A DNA stretch of 64,000 nt from a virus. Its lineage: Duplodnaviria; Caudoviricetes. Under the pieces are notes generated by a model, which worked only from the letters and a program-made list of their open reading frames with translations, had not been told where the DNA came from and searched no databases. Positions 34,070 through 42,901 of this stretch are shown here, piece after piece. The DNA lies in the IMG/VR virus record IMGVR_UViG_3300006467_000134, positions 1 to 64,000 of that record; one strand, given 5' to 3'. A program made the position numbers and the translations under genes. The first letter of the stretch is position 1, and every line of letters starts with the position of its first letter.

Positions 34070-35151
34070 AACGGTCTCCAGTTTTGTATTTCATAGGAAA
34101 ACTTGTGTCCATTGTCTAGAACTGCCACAATCTCGAAAGGATTCTGTGGGATCACATCGAATTTAACACACTTGTGACAGATATACCCAGGGATCGGTGG
34201 TCCCCACTCTACTAACCTTGAGCTGTGCCGAAGATCTGGGAAAATCTTGTAGGCAGATGTAAATGAACCTCCATGAAGGTTTGGAATGAAGGGACCGTAG
34301 ATTTCACCCTCGTGCTTCACAAAGATGTTTTTATTGTTCCACTCAACACTAGACAGCTCAACTGGGATTTCTTCCAGTCTAGCAATCGTCATGTCGCCTG
34401 AGAGATCAATAAACGAGTCAACAAAGCCAGCATAGTCATCACGTTTTTCCGAGGTTACAAGGCTAACCAAGTCCGACTTGCTCTTAATAGCTTGGAACTG
34501 CCGCGACTCCGGATCGATCCCCATGTGATAGTGCTTATCAGCCGTAACGTTGCAATAGTAGGACTTTCTCTTCAGACGATGTCGATTGAGAAACGGATAT
34601 GCAAGCAATCGCCGGCCAATGTACACTAGCTCATGTCCATCTCTGTGCAAGTAGGTAGAGCCTTCCTGGAGATCCCTCAACGGAATACTGTTTCCTACTG
34701 TCTTTGAGAACACATAGCTCTCTTTGAACTCTTTGGTAGTCACTGGTAACAATAGGAGCTCGGTACCATCCCAGCTATAGACGAACTGTCCCTCCAAACC
34801 CTTACCGCGGTTGCAATTGTTGTGCTGCAGGATGTAAAGTAGGTTCGCCACCGAAATCTCAAATTCAAAATCTCGTGGATCATAGATTCGAATGTACTCA
34901 TTTCGGGCATTCCAACCATAAGATTGCCGAACTCCACCTACACCTTTATTGAGAACAAAGCCCTCCAGGGGAATATTGTCAAACTCAATGTTGGGGATGT
35001 TCTTGTCTCGCCATGAGTTCCACGACGTCTCTTTCCGAAGTTTTCCTGCGTTATCGTAGTAAATAACGTAGGCAAGCTTTCCAGTGTACGTATTCGGCCT
35101 CTCTCTGAATCCTACGTTAATCTTGTTGGGGATAAAAAGCCGCGACTTCAT
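34066..35151 (-). CDS. conserved phage protein of unknown function
   Basis: TYTGKLAYVIYYD..GKLRKE.SW, DPRDFEFEI. Confidence 0.75.
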   Translation of the reverse strand: MKSRLFIPNKINVGFRERPNTYTGKLAYVIYYDNAGKLRKETSWNSWRDKNIPNIEFDNIPLEGFVLNKGVGGVRQSYGWNARNEYIRIYDPRDFEFEISVANLLYILQHNNCNRGKGLEGQFVYSWDGTELLLLPVTTKEFKESYVFSKTVGNSIPLRDLQEGSTYLHRDGHELVYIGRRLLAYPFLNRHRLKRKSYYCNVTADKHYHMGIDPESRQFQAIKSKSDLVSLVTSEKRDDYAGFVDSFIDLSGDMTIARLEEIPVELSSVEWNNKNIFVKHEGEIYGPFIPNLHGGSFTSAYKIFPDLRHSSRLVEWGPPIPGYICHKCVKFDVIPQNPFEIVAVLDNGHKFSYEIQNWRPL

Positions 35152-35417
35152 TGTAGCCTTTGCTTCAAAGTATAAATCATAACGCCCAAACCAAAACACA
35201 CGCCAGAAAAGATAACTACGCCAAGTATAGCTGGCCAAAGCATAATTGCTGTAAGACCAAACCCACAGAGAATCACTTCAAACAGAACCACATCCAGTGG
35301 TTCATTGCTGAACTGTGTGTTCTTTTCAAAAAACAGAAACCATAGGTTTCCCAGTAGTATGATCAGGACAGATGTAAAACAACCAATCCCAAAATACAGG
35401 ATATCAGTAAGTTCCAT
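35148..35417 (-). CDS. small 2-TM membrane protein (WP motif)
   Basis: MLWPAIL. Confidence 0.65.
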   Translation of the reverse strand: MELTDILYFGIGCFTSVLIILLGNLWFLFFEKNTQFSNEPLDVVLFEVILCGFGLTAIMLWPAILGVVIFSGVCFGLGVMIYTLKQRLQ

Positions 35418-35704
35418 TATTCACCTTGATATTTCTTTCGGAGTGTTTCTAGGAGTCCTGCGTAGCCGAACAGCAAGGCAATGCCAATAGCGACTACGAG
35501 TACAGCGGGCCAACCAATAACAATCAAGGCTGCTAAGATCCACCAGCCTATCTGGAAAAGTGGTAACGGGGCTGGATCTCCCCATTCATCACGATAAGGC
35601 CCTTTTGTGATGTAGTGGATGTGGCAACCAATCAACCACAATATAGCCAAGACGATACCGATAATGTAGTAGGAAGTGTGTATGAAGTCTGGACTACAAC
35701 TCAT
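35417..35704 (-). CDS. small 2-TM membrane protein (WP motif)
   Basis: CHIHY...IGWPAVLVV. Confidence 0.65.
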   Translation of the reverse strand: MSCSPDFIHTSYYIIGIVLAILWLIGCHIHYITKGPYRDEWGDPAPLPLFQIGWWILAALIVIGWPAVLVVAIGIALLFGYAGLLETLRKKYQGE

Positions 35705-35984
35705 GATTGCTTCTCCTATTCTCGTTGACCCTAGCTCGCAAGTATTCCAGGGGAAGGCACAGCACATAAATCACTGCACCGATCAAGAGCACTACTAATA
35801 CAGCCGGCCAAAATGCTGCCACTGCTAGCGAGAGGGCTAAAAATGACACTTGTTGAAAAGACAGCGGAGCCTCACGCCCGTAAGGGTCAATAGGTGTAAC
35901 TACGTAGTGAATGTTACACAAAACTAGTGTGAGAACAAATGTGATTGCCCCACCATAGTAGTATGCAATTTCGTAATTGATCAT
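35694..35984 (-). CDS. small 2-TM membrane protein (WP motif)
   Basis: CNIHY...AFWPAVLVV. Confidence 0.65.
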   Translation of the reverse strand: MINYEIAYYYGGAITFVLTLVLCNIHYVVTPIDPYGREAPLSFQQVSFLALSLAVAAFWPAVLVVLLIGAVIYVLCLPLEYLRARVNENRRSNHEL

Positions 35985-36898
35985 CGGTCAACTTCAGTAT
36001 TCAGAGAAACGATCTCTGCCTTAGTTGGGCGATTTCCAAAACCAAACTTTGGATCGCCCTGGGATGGTGTGAGGGTAACGGAGATCCTGATGACATCTCC
36101 ACGCTTCAAAACAGTTTGTACTTGTTCGCCATTAACCTCAGCTTCAAACAGCTGCAGGTCAGAAGGAATCGAGCAGTGCACCAGGTAGCCATCAGTGGTC
36201 TTAATGGTCATCTTGAAACTGTGTCCCCAGGCGGTGTCATTGACAGCCGTCTTCAGAACCGTTGCTTCAATCGTATGACGTCCAGTTGGGCAAGGAAGAG
36301 CTGCAGCCTTTTCAGCTTCTCGTTCTGCCTTAACCTTTTCCCGGTTGTCAATCTTCTCGAACAAGGTGTCCATGAAGTCCCATTGACCCTGGCTTAGGCT
36401 ACCGAACCGAACCAGCTTGGATACCATGTTGTGGATGGTAGCCTCTTCGTACAGCATGTTGACAGGGGATCCACTGTTGTAGATCTCCCAGGCAGCCAGC
36501 TTGTCACGCTCAGCCAGTAGGCCCTCAGCTTTGGCCTTGCCAGCCTTGGCCTTACGCCAGTCGCCAGCAGCTTTGGTTACCTTAGCAAACAGAGCAGGAT
36601 CACCCATGTCCAATTTGTCGGCACAATCGTTACCTACTTTGATGTAGGTGTTGGTGTCGGCATGGTAGAACACCAGCGAGTAGATCAGGCTGTTGCCACA
36701 GACGTGGCATTTTCCGCCTTCCTGGTGGTCAGCAAACTTTCCACCAGTTTTTTCCAGGTGCTCGCGGAAACGGGCTCGTTGCTCCTGCAGGAGGTAAACG
36801 TCACCCATGTCCTCGATTTTCTTGTGCAAAATAGCGATGAACTGGTAGTCTTCAGGTTGAATCACCGAGGGGCGGTGAATGTCAGTGCGAGTTGTCAT
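35981..36898 (-). CDS. Zn-binding protein with C-terminal OB-like beta domain
   Basis: CHVCG...VGNDC; own promoter and AGGAG RBS. Confidence 0.7.
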   Translation of the reverse strand: MTTRTDIHRPSVIQPEDYQFIAILHKKIEDMGDVYLLQEQRARFREHLEKTGGKFADHQEGGKCHVCGNSLIYSLVFYHADTNTYIKVGNDCADKLDMGDPALFAKVTKAAGDWRKAKAGKAKAEGLLAERDKLAAWEIYNSGSPVNMLYEEATIHNMVSKLVRFGSLSQGQWDFMDTLFEKIDNREKVKAEREAEKAAALPCPTGRHTIEATVLKTAVNDTAWGHSFKMTIKTTDGYLVHCSIPSDLQLFEAEVNGEQVQTVLKRGDVIRISVTLTPSQGDPKFGFGNRPTKAEIVSLNTEVDR

Positions 36899-36920
36899 AA
36901 TTGTTTCTCCTATGTTAGTG

Positions 36921-36948
36921 ATTCTAACAGACCCTGAAGACCTGTCAA
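36921..36948 (-). promoter_or_regulatory. promoter
   Basis: TTGACA-N16-TAGAAT. Confidence 0.65.
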
Positions 36949-36951
36949 CAG

Positions 36952-37125
36952 CTAATCTTGTTTTCCTATGTATCTTTCAATCCTGGATTCAATGTTACGC
37001 AGCCGGCTTTCGGCTGTCACGGTTAGGTTTTTATAGTGCACCCACTGGTTGATAAGATCCCTCAGTAGGGGATCCTCAACGTCAGGTACTCTATTCATCT
37101 TCAGCAAGCGAAGGATATAGTCCAT
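36952..37125 (-). CDS. hypothetical protein
   Basis: GGAGG RBS. Confidence 0.5.
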   Translation of the reverse strand: MDYILRLLKMNRVPDVEDPLLRDLINQWVHYKNLTVTAESRLRNIESRIERYIGKQD

Positions 37126-37306
37126 CCAAAACCTCCTGGGGGATTCTCCCGCGGTATTGGCGATTCTCAATCACCTCCTCCATGCAGGATAGGCAGTATT
37201 CGTGTGTTTCGTCATAAGGAGTCACGGGAGTGATGTGGCACCGAGCACAGATTTCCTCTCGGTCCTCACCAGCCTCCCATGCCCAGTCGCGTCCGCGATC
37301 TTGCAT
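37091..37306 (-). CDS. small Zn-finger protein
   Basis: CARC...CLSC. Confidence 0.6.
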   Translation of the reverse strand: MQDRGRDWAWEAGEDREEICARCHITPVTPYDETHEYCLSCMEEVIENRQYRGRIPQEVLDGLYPSLAEDE

Positions 37307-37308
37307 AA

Positions 37309-37593
37309 TTAACTCTCCTGATCTTTCTCAAACTTCTCCTGAGCTGCCAGTGCATTCTCGCGAGTAGAATACAAGCGAGTTGGTAGGGGCTCCAGATTTC
37401 CTGGGTCGCCTGTATCCAGGTTGATTCGATTTACAAACGATATCCAGTATCCCTCGTCTGGGCTTCCCTCAATTGAGTGGATTGGTCCAAGATCATAGAC
37501 TTTGTGGATACTATGCGGACTGTGCTCAAAAACAACCATCCCTGGGTACGCCAAAGTTCCGTCAGCCAGTTTTGGTAAATGATCAGTGTTCAT
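37309..37593 (-). CDS. hypothetical protein
   Basis: AGGAG RBS, promoter. Confidence 0.7.
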   Translation of the reverse strand: MNTDHLPKLADGTLAYPGMVVFEHSPHSIHKVYDLGPIHSIEGSPDEGYWISFVNRINLDTGDPGNLEPLPTRLYSTRENALAAQEKFEKDQES

Positions 37594-37622
37594 GATTAAC
37601 TCCTGTTAGGTTTGGAACCTTG

Positions 37623-37650
37623 ATTTTACCCAGTAAACTCTGGTTGTCAA
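37623..37650 (-). promoter_or_regulatory. promoter
   Basis: TTGACA-N16-TAAAAT. Confidence 0.65.
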
Positions 37651-37682
37651 CTAGAGTTTTATGAGTTCATCCAAGTTGTTTC

Positions 37683-37889
37683 CTACCAATAAAAGGTAAT
37701 TACGGGGTTGTTCTCTTTCCAAACGATCTGACCATTAGGATGCCGAGCAAACTCGGCAAACTTGGTGTTTCTTAGGCAAGGGTTTTCTTCGAGCAAAATT
37801 TCATTAACAATCTGGGTGGCATAGTATGCCAGGCGTCCATGGTGTTTAATGTACGCTTTTTTACGCTTTCGGGGAAGCTTCGGTTTCAT
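37683..37889 (-). CDS. basic hypothetical protein
   Basis: Coupled ORF. Confidence 0.6.
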   Translation of the reverse strand: MKPKLPRKRKKAYIKHHGRLAYYATQIVNEILLEENPCLRNTKFAEFARHPNGQIVWKENNPVITFYW

Positions 37890-38104
37890 TTTTGATCCCC
37901 TGACAAATTTGGAAGTTCAGTAATCTTTCGCCCGTCCAGGGCTGTTCCGCGGGCATTGCGGATCTGAGGACCACAGTTCGAGAAACCTCGACCTGCATAC
38001 ACCCAGTAGTTTCCATCGTCGCCTTCGTAGTAGGCGGCCAGTTCTTGCCAGGTTCCAACCAAGGTTAATTGAATGCCATTGTGACTTGTTGTTTTTGCGA
38101 ACAT
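37886..38104 (-). CDS. hypothetical protein
   Basis: GGAG RBS. Confidence 0.6.
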   Translation of the reverse strand: MFAKTTSHNGIQLTLVGTWQELAAYYEGDDGNYWVYAGRGFSNCGPQIRNARGTALDGRKITELPNLSGDQK

Positions 38105-38139
38105 TGCGTTTCTCCGTGTTTTCGGTTGCGATGCTGTAG

Positions 38140-38167
38140 ATTTTACCAACCCGTCTGACAATTGCAA
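38140..38167 (-). promoter_or_regulatory. promoter (divergent pair)
   Basis: TTGCAA-N16-TAAAAT. Confidence 0.55.
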
Positions 38168-38194
38168 TAGGAAAACTGAAAAATCTTTTTTGTC

Positions 38195-38223
38195 TTGCTT
38201 CTCTGTGGAATTCACTGTAAAAT
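38195..38223 (+). promoter_or_regulatory. promoter (divergent pair)
   Basis: TTGCTT-N17-TAAAAT. Confidence 0.6.
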
Positions 38224-38310
38224 GTGGCGAAGTAACAGCGACTGTCAAAGATAACATCGTCAATGTTACCATTCAAACTTTCTGTTATTTTCCCCTTTTA
38301 GGAGACTCAC

Positions 38311-38532
38311 ATGTCCGACCTGAAGAACCTGACCGCCGAACCTCCTCGGCCAAAGACTCCCCGCGTGCGTTCGTTCGCGAGTGAGCTCGTGCCCGCCAGC
38401 CCAGATGCTCGCCGCCTGCGAAACAAGTGGTGGAAGCGTAGTGGCCTGGAGCACTACCAGCTACAAAAGAAACGCGAAGAATTCGTTCGTCGGCACAACC
38501 TCCAACCAATTGCTCCCCAGGTGGTAGAATGA
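38311..38532 (+). CDS. basic hypothetical protein
   Basis: AGGAG RBS. Confidence 0.65.
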   Translation: MSDLKNLTAEPPRPKTPRVRSFASELVPASPDARRLRNKWWKRSGLEHYQLQKKREEFVRRHNLQPIAPQVVE

Positions 38533-38876
38533 ACGAAAAGAACATCCTACATAAAGTTACCAAACACAGTACCTGTCTAAAAGCGTTCGCCACGGGATCT
38601 CGCGTGTACGGACGCCCAAAGCCAGATTCAGACTACGATATCGTTCTCTGGGTTACGGAGGAGGAAAAACAACAGCTTATTTCCGCCAGTGAATCCGATG
38701 ATGGATTGACAATTCGATTTGGTCCGATTAACATCATTGCAGTCACAAACGCAACTGATTACTATCATTGGATGGACGCCAAAGATTGCTGCCGGCGAAA
38801 CTGTCCAGTGACGCGAGAAGAGGCGATTGAGATCCACAAACTGGAGAATATCACCGACGAGGAGTACCCCTTATAA
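38529..38876 (+). CDS. minimal nucleotidyltransferase (Pol beta superfamily)
   Basis: TGSRVYG...DSDYDIV. Confidence 0.8.
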   Translation: MNEKNILHKVTKHSTCLKAFATGSRVYGRPKPDSDYDIVLWVTEEEKQQLISASESDDGLTIRFGPINIIAVTNATDYYHWMDAKDCCRRNCPVTREEAIEIHKLENITDEEYPL

Positions 38877-38905
38877 GGGAGCCCCTCAAATTCTGGAGAT
38901 TTATC

Positions 38906-39424
38906 ATGTCAAAGATTATGTCAGTGTCTTATACTCAAGGCCTGGCATTCTTGCGACCGGGTAGGCTGTTTACGACTTGGGAATTATTCTCAGTCGTTCT
39001 CAGCCTTTCTTTTTGTTGCTTGATGCCCCGTGCTTTGGAGTTTTCTCCCGAGCTCAGTCCTTGGATTTACTTGGAAGTTGTGCCTGTCCTGGCAGGTATC
39101 CTTACAGGCCTGGAGATCGGGTGGTTCTCCCGACTTAGCTACTGGGATATTTTCGTCAAAGAAAATGGATCAGACCCAACCATGGATAAGATCCTCTACT
39201 GGCCCTCAATCCCAACTCTTTCCCTGGTAGTTGGGTTTCTGAACTTTGCTAGTATCCTGATGCTTTTTGAAGGACAAAACCTCTGGGATCGGCTAACGCC
39301 GTCCTGTTGTTTCATGATTCCGATGTTCATAACTTTCTCTATCCTCGCAAACCTCATCGTTGTAGGCCCTGAGAGCCTCTATGAGGCCTCCTCTGAGTCA
39401 GGCGACTCCGAAGGCGAAATCTGA
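38906..39424 (+). CDS. 4-TM membrane protein
   Basis: Hydrophobic segments, GGAG RBS. Confidence 0.65.
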   Translation: MSKIMSVSYTQGLAFLRPGRLFTTWELFSVVLSLSFCCLMPRALEFSPELSPWIYLEVVPVLAGILTGLEIGWFSRLSYWDIFVKENGSDPTMDKILYWPSIPTLSLVVGFLNFASILMLFEGQNLWDRLTPSCCFMIPMFITFSILANLIVVGPESLYEASSESGDSEGEI

Positions 39425-39454
39425 GAGAACGTTGATTCTAGGTACCAAATTTTG

Positions 39455-39483
39455 GACAGGAGCTATGCTTCCTGTCTTTTTTT
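39455..39483 (+). terminator. intrinsic terminator
   Basis: GACAGGA...TCCTGTC-T7. Confidence 0.75.
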
Positions 39484-39539
39484 ATGCTTACACAGGACCT
39501 GGTCCACAGTTTTCGAAAGTTTTAGCAGACTGCGGGCAT

Positions 39540-39575
39540 AAAAAAACCTACCAGCATCGCTAAATACTGGTAGGT
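39540..39575 (-). terminator. intrinsic terminator
   Basis: ACCTACCAG...CTGGTAGGT plus T run on the - strand. Confidence 0.75.
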
Positions 39576-39651
39576 CCAATCTCAAACAGGAGAGAGCTGC
39601 TTGACTGAAAGATAGATCAAGTTTTTTTTTTCTTTTTTTTTTCTGAAGAAA

Positions 39652-39906
39652 TTAGTTTTCTTCTGAAAATTCTTCTCGAAGACTTTGGACAACCGCGGCA
39701 TGGGCTTTCATCAATTCCTCCAGGAATCCTTTGTGGCCTGAGTGTCCTGAATAACCCTCACCAGCTGGCACAAAGAATGCCACTCTTCCCTTGTCTACAA
39801 TTAGGAGCTGCCTCGGCTTACTGGATTCTTCGGGCTCCAGGACGGCAGTGTATCCCAAGGTCTTGGCGATATTATAGATGATCACCAGGTCATCATAGGT
39901 TAGCAT
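39652..39906 (-). CDS. hypothetical protein
   Basis: ORF track. Confidence 0.6.
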   Translation of the reverse strand: MLTYDDLVIIYNIAKTLGYTAVLEPEESSKPRQLLIVDKGRVAFFVPAGEGYSGHSGHKGFLEELMKAHAAVVQSLREEFSEEN

Positions 39907-40115
39907 ATCTTTGTGTCCTTTGTAGGATAGTTGTCAATGATCTTTTTGGCCGCCTCACAATCATACTTCATTTTCAAGAGTGATTGCTTTAGGATCTCGA
40001 TTGCCTCCTGGCTTATCGATGTCCCCTTGAAGTCCGCCAGTTCCTGTAGGAATTCCTTGACCCACAAGTCTTCCTCTTTGAAGTACAGATGCTGCTTTCC
40101 TTTGGAGCTGCTCAT
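39900..40115 (-). CDS. ribbon-helix-helix (Arc/CopG-like) DNA-binding protein
   Basis: HLYF...FLQELA...GTSISQEAIEILK. Confidence 0.6.
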   Translation of the reverse strand: MSSSKGKQHLYFKEEDLWVKEFLQELADFKGTSISQEAIEILKQSLLKMKYDCEAAKKIIDNYPTKDTKIC

Positions 40116-41277
40116 AGAAGTCCTCGAAGCTTGTAGGGTATTGAATGTGGATCTCTTGAGCCTCGGCAGGTGTTAGTTGCCCAGGAACTGGGAGATCGGT
40201 TTCAAGATCATAGTAGATCTTTACCAATCGCTGGAACGTCTTGTTGTTCAAGTACCCAACTTCGAATTGGCGATCCATACGACCAGGTCGCTTGAAGGCT
40301 GGGTCCAAGTTATCTGGGTGATTCGAGGTGAAGATCAAAATACTACCTTCCCCTGCCGTTGGTCCATCGATTAGGTTTAGTAGAGTACTGGTCATCGCTG
40401 ACAGAGGAACTTCATCGATTTCGTCTTGATCTTCCGCATTAAACGGGTCTTCCTCTTTATTAGAGGTTTTACGCTTTTGGGTTGCCTTCTGACAATCGAA
40501 GTCCTCAAAGACAACCACGCAGTCACCCAACTGCAATGCGTTATCAACGTTCCATACGTACTGGGTAAATACGTACAGATCTCGTTGTAGGTAATTGGCA
40601 ATCGCCAAACCCAAAGAGCTCTTACCAGTTCCAGGAGGACCATAAAAGAGATAACCACGTCGATAAGGAATACCTCGGTGCTCATACCATTCCCTGTTGT
40701 TAACAAACCAATCTAAGTCTGCTTTGAGCTCGTCTGAGAAGTCAATGGCCAAGTCTTCCAGACGACGAGTCTTCAGGGTTTTTCTTTCATTGTCGTTGAA
40801 CTTGGCCTTCAATGGAGTAACACTCCGGGCTTTGTTAATGTAGTCCTGTACCTCCTGCTTGACGGCATTACGACGCCAGCCAAAGATATCGATGTGAATA
40901 CTATAGACTACTGGAGGATCGCCTTTCTTGGCCATTTGCATCTCACGTCGGTTGTGATAATAACTCACGTAACACCAACGTGTGAATCCCCATCGGAATC
41001 CGCCAGGGACTTTTTCCTTAAAGTCGGCATCCTCAATGTCAAAGAATGTTCCAAAACTGCTATTACCGTGTTTCTCCATCAAGTATTTACACGCCGGCAC
41101 GTAGTCAGGGGAGCCACTCTCAAAGCGGAGAGTGATGGTCGTGTAATAAGAAAACCTATCCCACACGTATGCGGGATAGGATCGAATCTGATAGAGGAAA
41201 CTGGTTAGCAAGGCCATTACGATACCACCAGACATAAACTGGTTGTTCTGAAGCTGGTTTGCAAACCATTCCCACAT
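39961..41277 (-). CDS. BCS1-like AAA ATPase
   Basis: N-terminal TM, WY..RGIPYRRGYLFYGPPGTGKSS, VFEDFD, LDPAFKRPGRMD. Confidence 0.9.
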   Translation of the reverse strand: MWEWFANQLQNNQFMSGGIVMALLTSFLYQIRSYPAYVWDRFSYYTTITLRFESGSPDYVPACKYLMEKHGNSSFGTFFDIEDADFKEKVPGGFRWGFTRWCYVSYYHNRREMQMAKKGDPPVVYSIHIDIFGWRRNAVKQEVQDYINKARSVTPLKAKFNDNERKTLKTRRLEDLAIDFSDELKADLDWFVNNREWYEHRGIPYRRGYLFYGPPGTGKSSLGLAIANYLQRDLYVFTQYVWNVDNALQLGDCVVVFEDFDCQKATQKRKTSNKEEDPFNAEDQDEIDEVPLSAMTSTLLNLIDGPTAGEGSILIFTSNHPDNLDPAFKRPGRMDRQFEVGYLNNKTFQRLVKIYYDLETDLPVPGQLTPAEAQEIHIQYPTSFEDFYEQLQRKAASVLQRGRLVGQGIPTGTGGLQGDIDKPGGNRDPKAITLENEV

Positions 41278-41278
41278 A

Positions 41279-42901
41279 CTATACTCCTACTTTGTCAATA
41301 AGGATTGTTTGAGCTCGGTCTTGAATATCCAGCCAGTCCTGCATGAAGACTTCGCCGTCCAGGAACACTACCTTCAGTTCACCGCCCTCCTCTTCGTCCC
41401 GGGTACAGGATTGCTGAAGAGTGTAGTTTCCATTGGTACCATTCACTCGAAGCAAGCCACAAGCAGACTTTTTGGTTCCACTGTCAGTGACTGGATCTTT
41501 GAACAACTCGTGTTCTACTCCGTCTACCTGAGCCCAGGTTGCCTTACATGCTAATCCGAAAGTATCGCGAGTATTGTACTGATAAGTGAAACTTCCAATA
41601 CCAAGCACAACGTTGGTCGTGGCGAAATCACGTTCCATCAGTCGTTCGAAGATTTCTGTGGCTCGATCATAAGTGATTGCATCGCCGTAAATACAACCAA
41701 CATGTGGATCCAGCTCTTTGAAACCTTTGGAATTGAAGGTAGTACCAAACTCTTCAGCCAGTAGGCGGACAACTCCCTTAATCTCAGGCTCTTTGATTTC
41801 TCGTCCTTCCAATGTCACGTAGCCATCGGAACACTTCATAGCGTCTGCCCGATAGTGAATCAAAGACAGGTAAAGATCCTGGTCTTTCTTCAACTCTCGT
41901 CGAGCTTCCTCGCAGGTTCCATCGTAATCCATAGTACGATATCCGCACAGGATTAGTACTGGATCGCCAGAATCAGGTCGGAAGACGACTTTCCCGTCTC
42001 GCTTCATGATCTTGTCCTTCAGGTGAGGGGCAATCTCAAGCAGCACTTTCCAAAGGTCCCACGTATCGATGACAATACTGATGAAACCTTCTGGATAAAG
42101 CTCCGAGATCAGTCGATCTACAGTGTGGAGCTCGTTTACCTTACCACCAGCACACATCACGGCATGTTCAGTCGCTGGCACGGAAACAGACGTATCCCGG
42201 GGAGCCTTGTACCAGTGCCGAACCGCGGCCTTACCTGGTAGAGTGTCACTGCCTTTGAAGAACAACAGGTGACCCATGTCAGTGGTAATCGAAGATTCCA
42301 CACTGCTCATACCACGCATCGAGAAGTTGTGCCCTTGGAAGGGAACAAAATCAGGGTTGCCAGTACGCTCAGCATAGTCACTCATCAGCTCCCAGAAACG
42401 ACGAGCAATGGTAGCCGCTGTGATTGGGTTCCAAATAGTATTCTGACATACGGTTTCAATCGCATTGGTTAACCAGCCAAAGTTTGGATCAGTATTCTCA
42501 ATAGTAGCCAGTGGAACACCAATTGGACACAATACGCCTTCGGGAAGAGCCTTGATACGAAGTGGGAGGTACCCCAGGTCATGGAGTTCACCATAACGTG
42601 AGACGTCCACAGCACCTGGTCCAAAGTACTCGTCGAAGTATTCTTTGAGCTCTGCCAGAACCCGGGCCTTTGGACGATCAAAGAAATTCGTGTTGAACTC
42701 AACTACCAAGTACTTCAGCATGAAATACTGTAGACCAAAGTTCACAACATGGTTCACACCTGGAATCCGGCTGGTACGAGGAGTAATGTTGGCATTTACG
42801 TACTCCGTGTTTTCCGGGTATTGTGGTGGGTGAGATATCTTGTAGGCATCTGCCAGAATGATTGGGTTGATGCGAAGGTCACTGTATTCAAATCGTGTCA
42901 T
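41279..42901 (-). CDS. nicotinamide phosphoribosyltransferase-like protein (Nampt/Namat)
   Basis: ADAYKISH, PATEHAV, DTWD, RPDSGDP, IYGDAIT, KDPVTD..KKS. Confidence 0.92.
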   Translation of the reverse strand: MTRFEYSDLRINPIILADAYKISHPPQYPENTEYVNANITPRTSRIPGVNHVVNFGLQYFMLKYLVVEFNTNFFDRPKARVLAELKEYFDEYFGPGAVDVSRYGELHDLGYLPLRIKALPEGVLCPIGVPLATIENTDPNFGWLTNAIETVCQNTIWNPITAATIARRFWELMSDYAERTGNPDFVPFQGHNFSMRGMSSVESSITTDMGHLLFFKGSDTLPGKAAVRHWYKAPRDTSVSVPATEHAVMCAGGKVNELHTVDRLISELYPEGFISIVIDTWDLWKVLLEIAPHLKDKIMKRDGKVVFRPDSGDPVLILCGYRTMDYDGTCEEARRELKKDQDLYLSLIHYRADAMKCSDGYVTLEGREIKEPEIKGVVRLLAEEFGTTFNSKGFKELDPHVGCIYGDAITYDRATEIFERLMERDFATTNVVLGIGSFTYQYNTRDTFGLACKATWAQVDGVEHELFKDPVTDSGTKKSACGLLRVNGTNGNYTLQQSCTRDEEEGGELKVVFLDGEVFMQDWLDIQDRAQTILIDKVGV

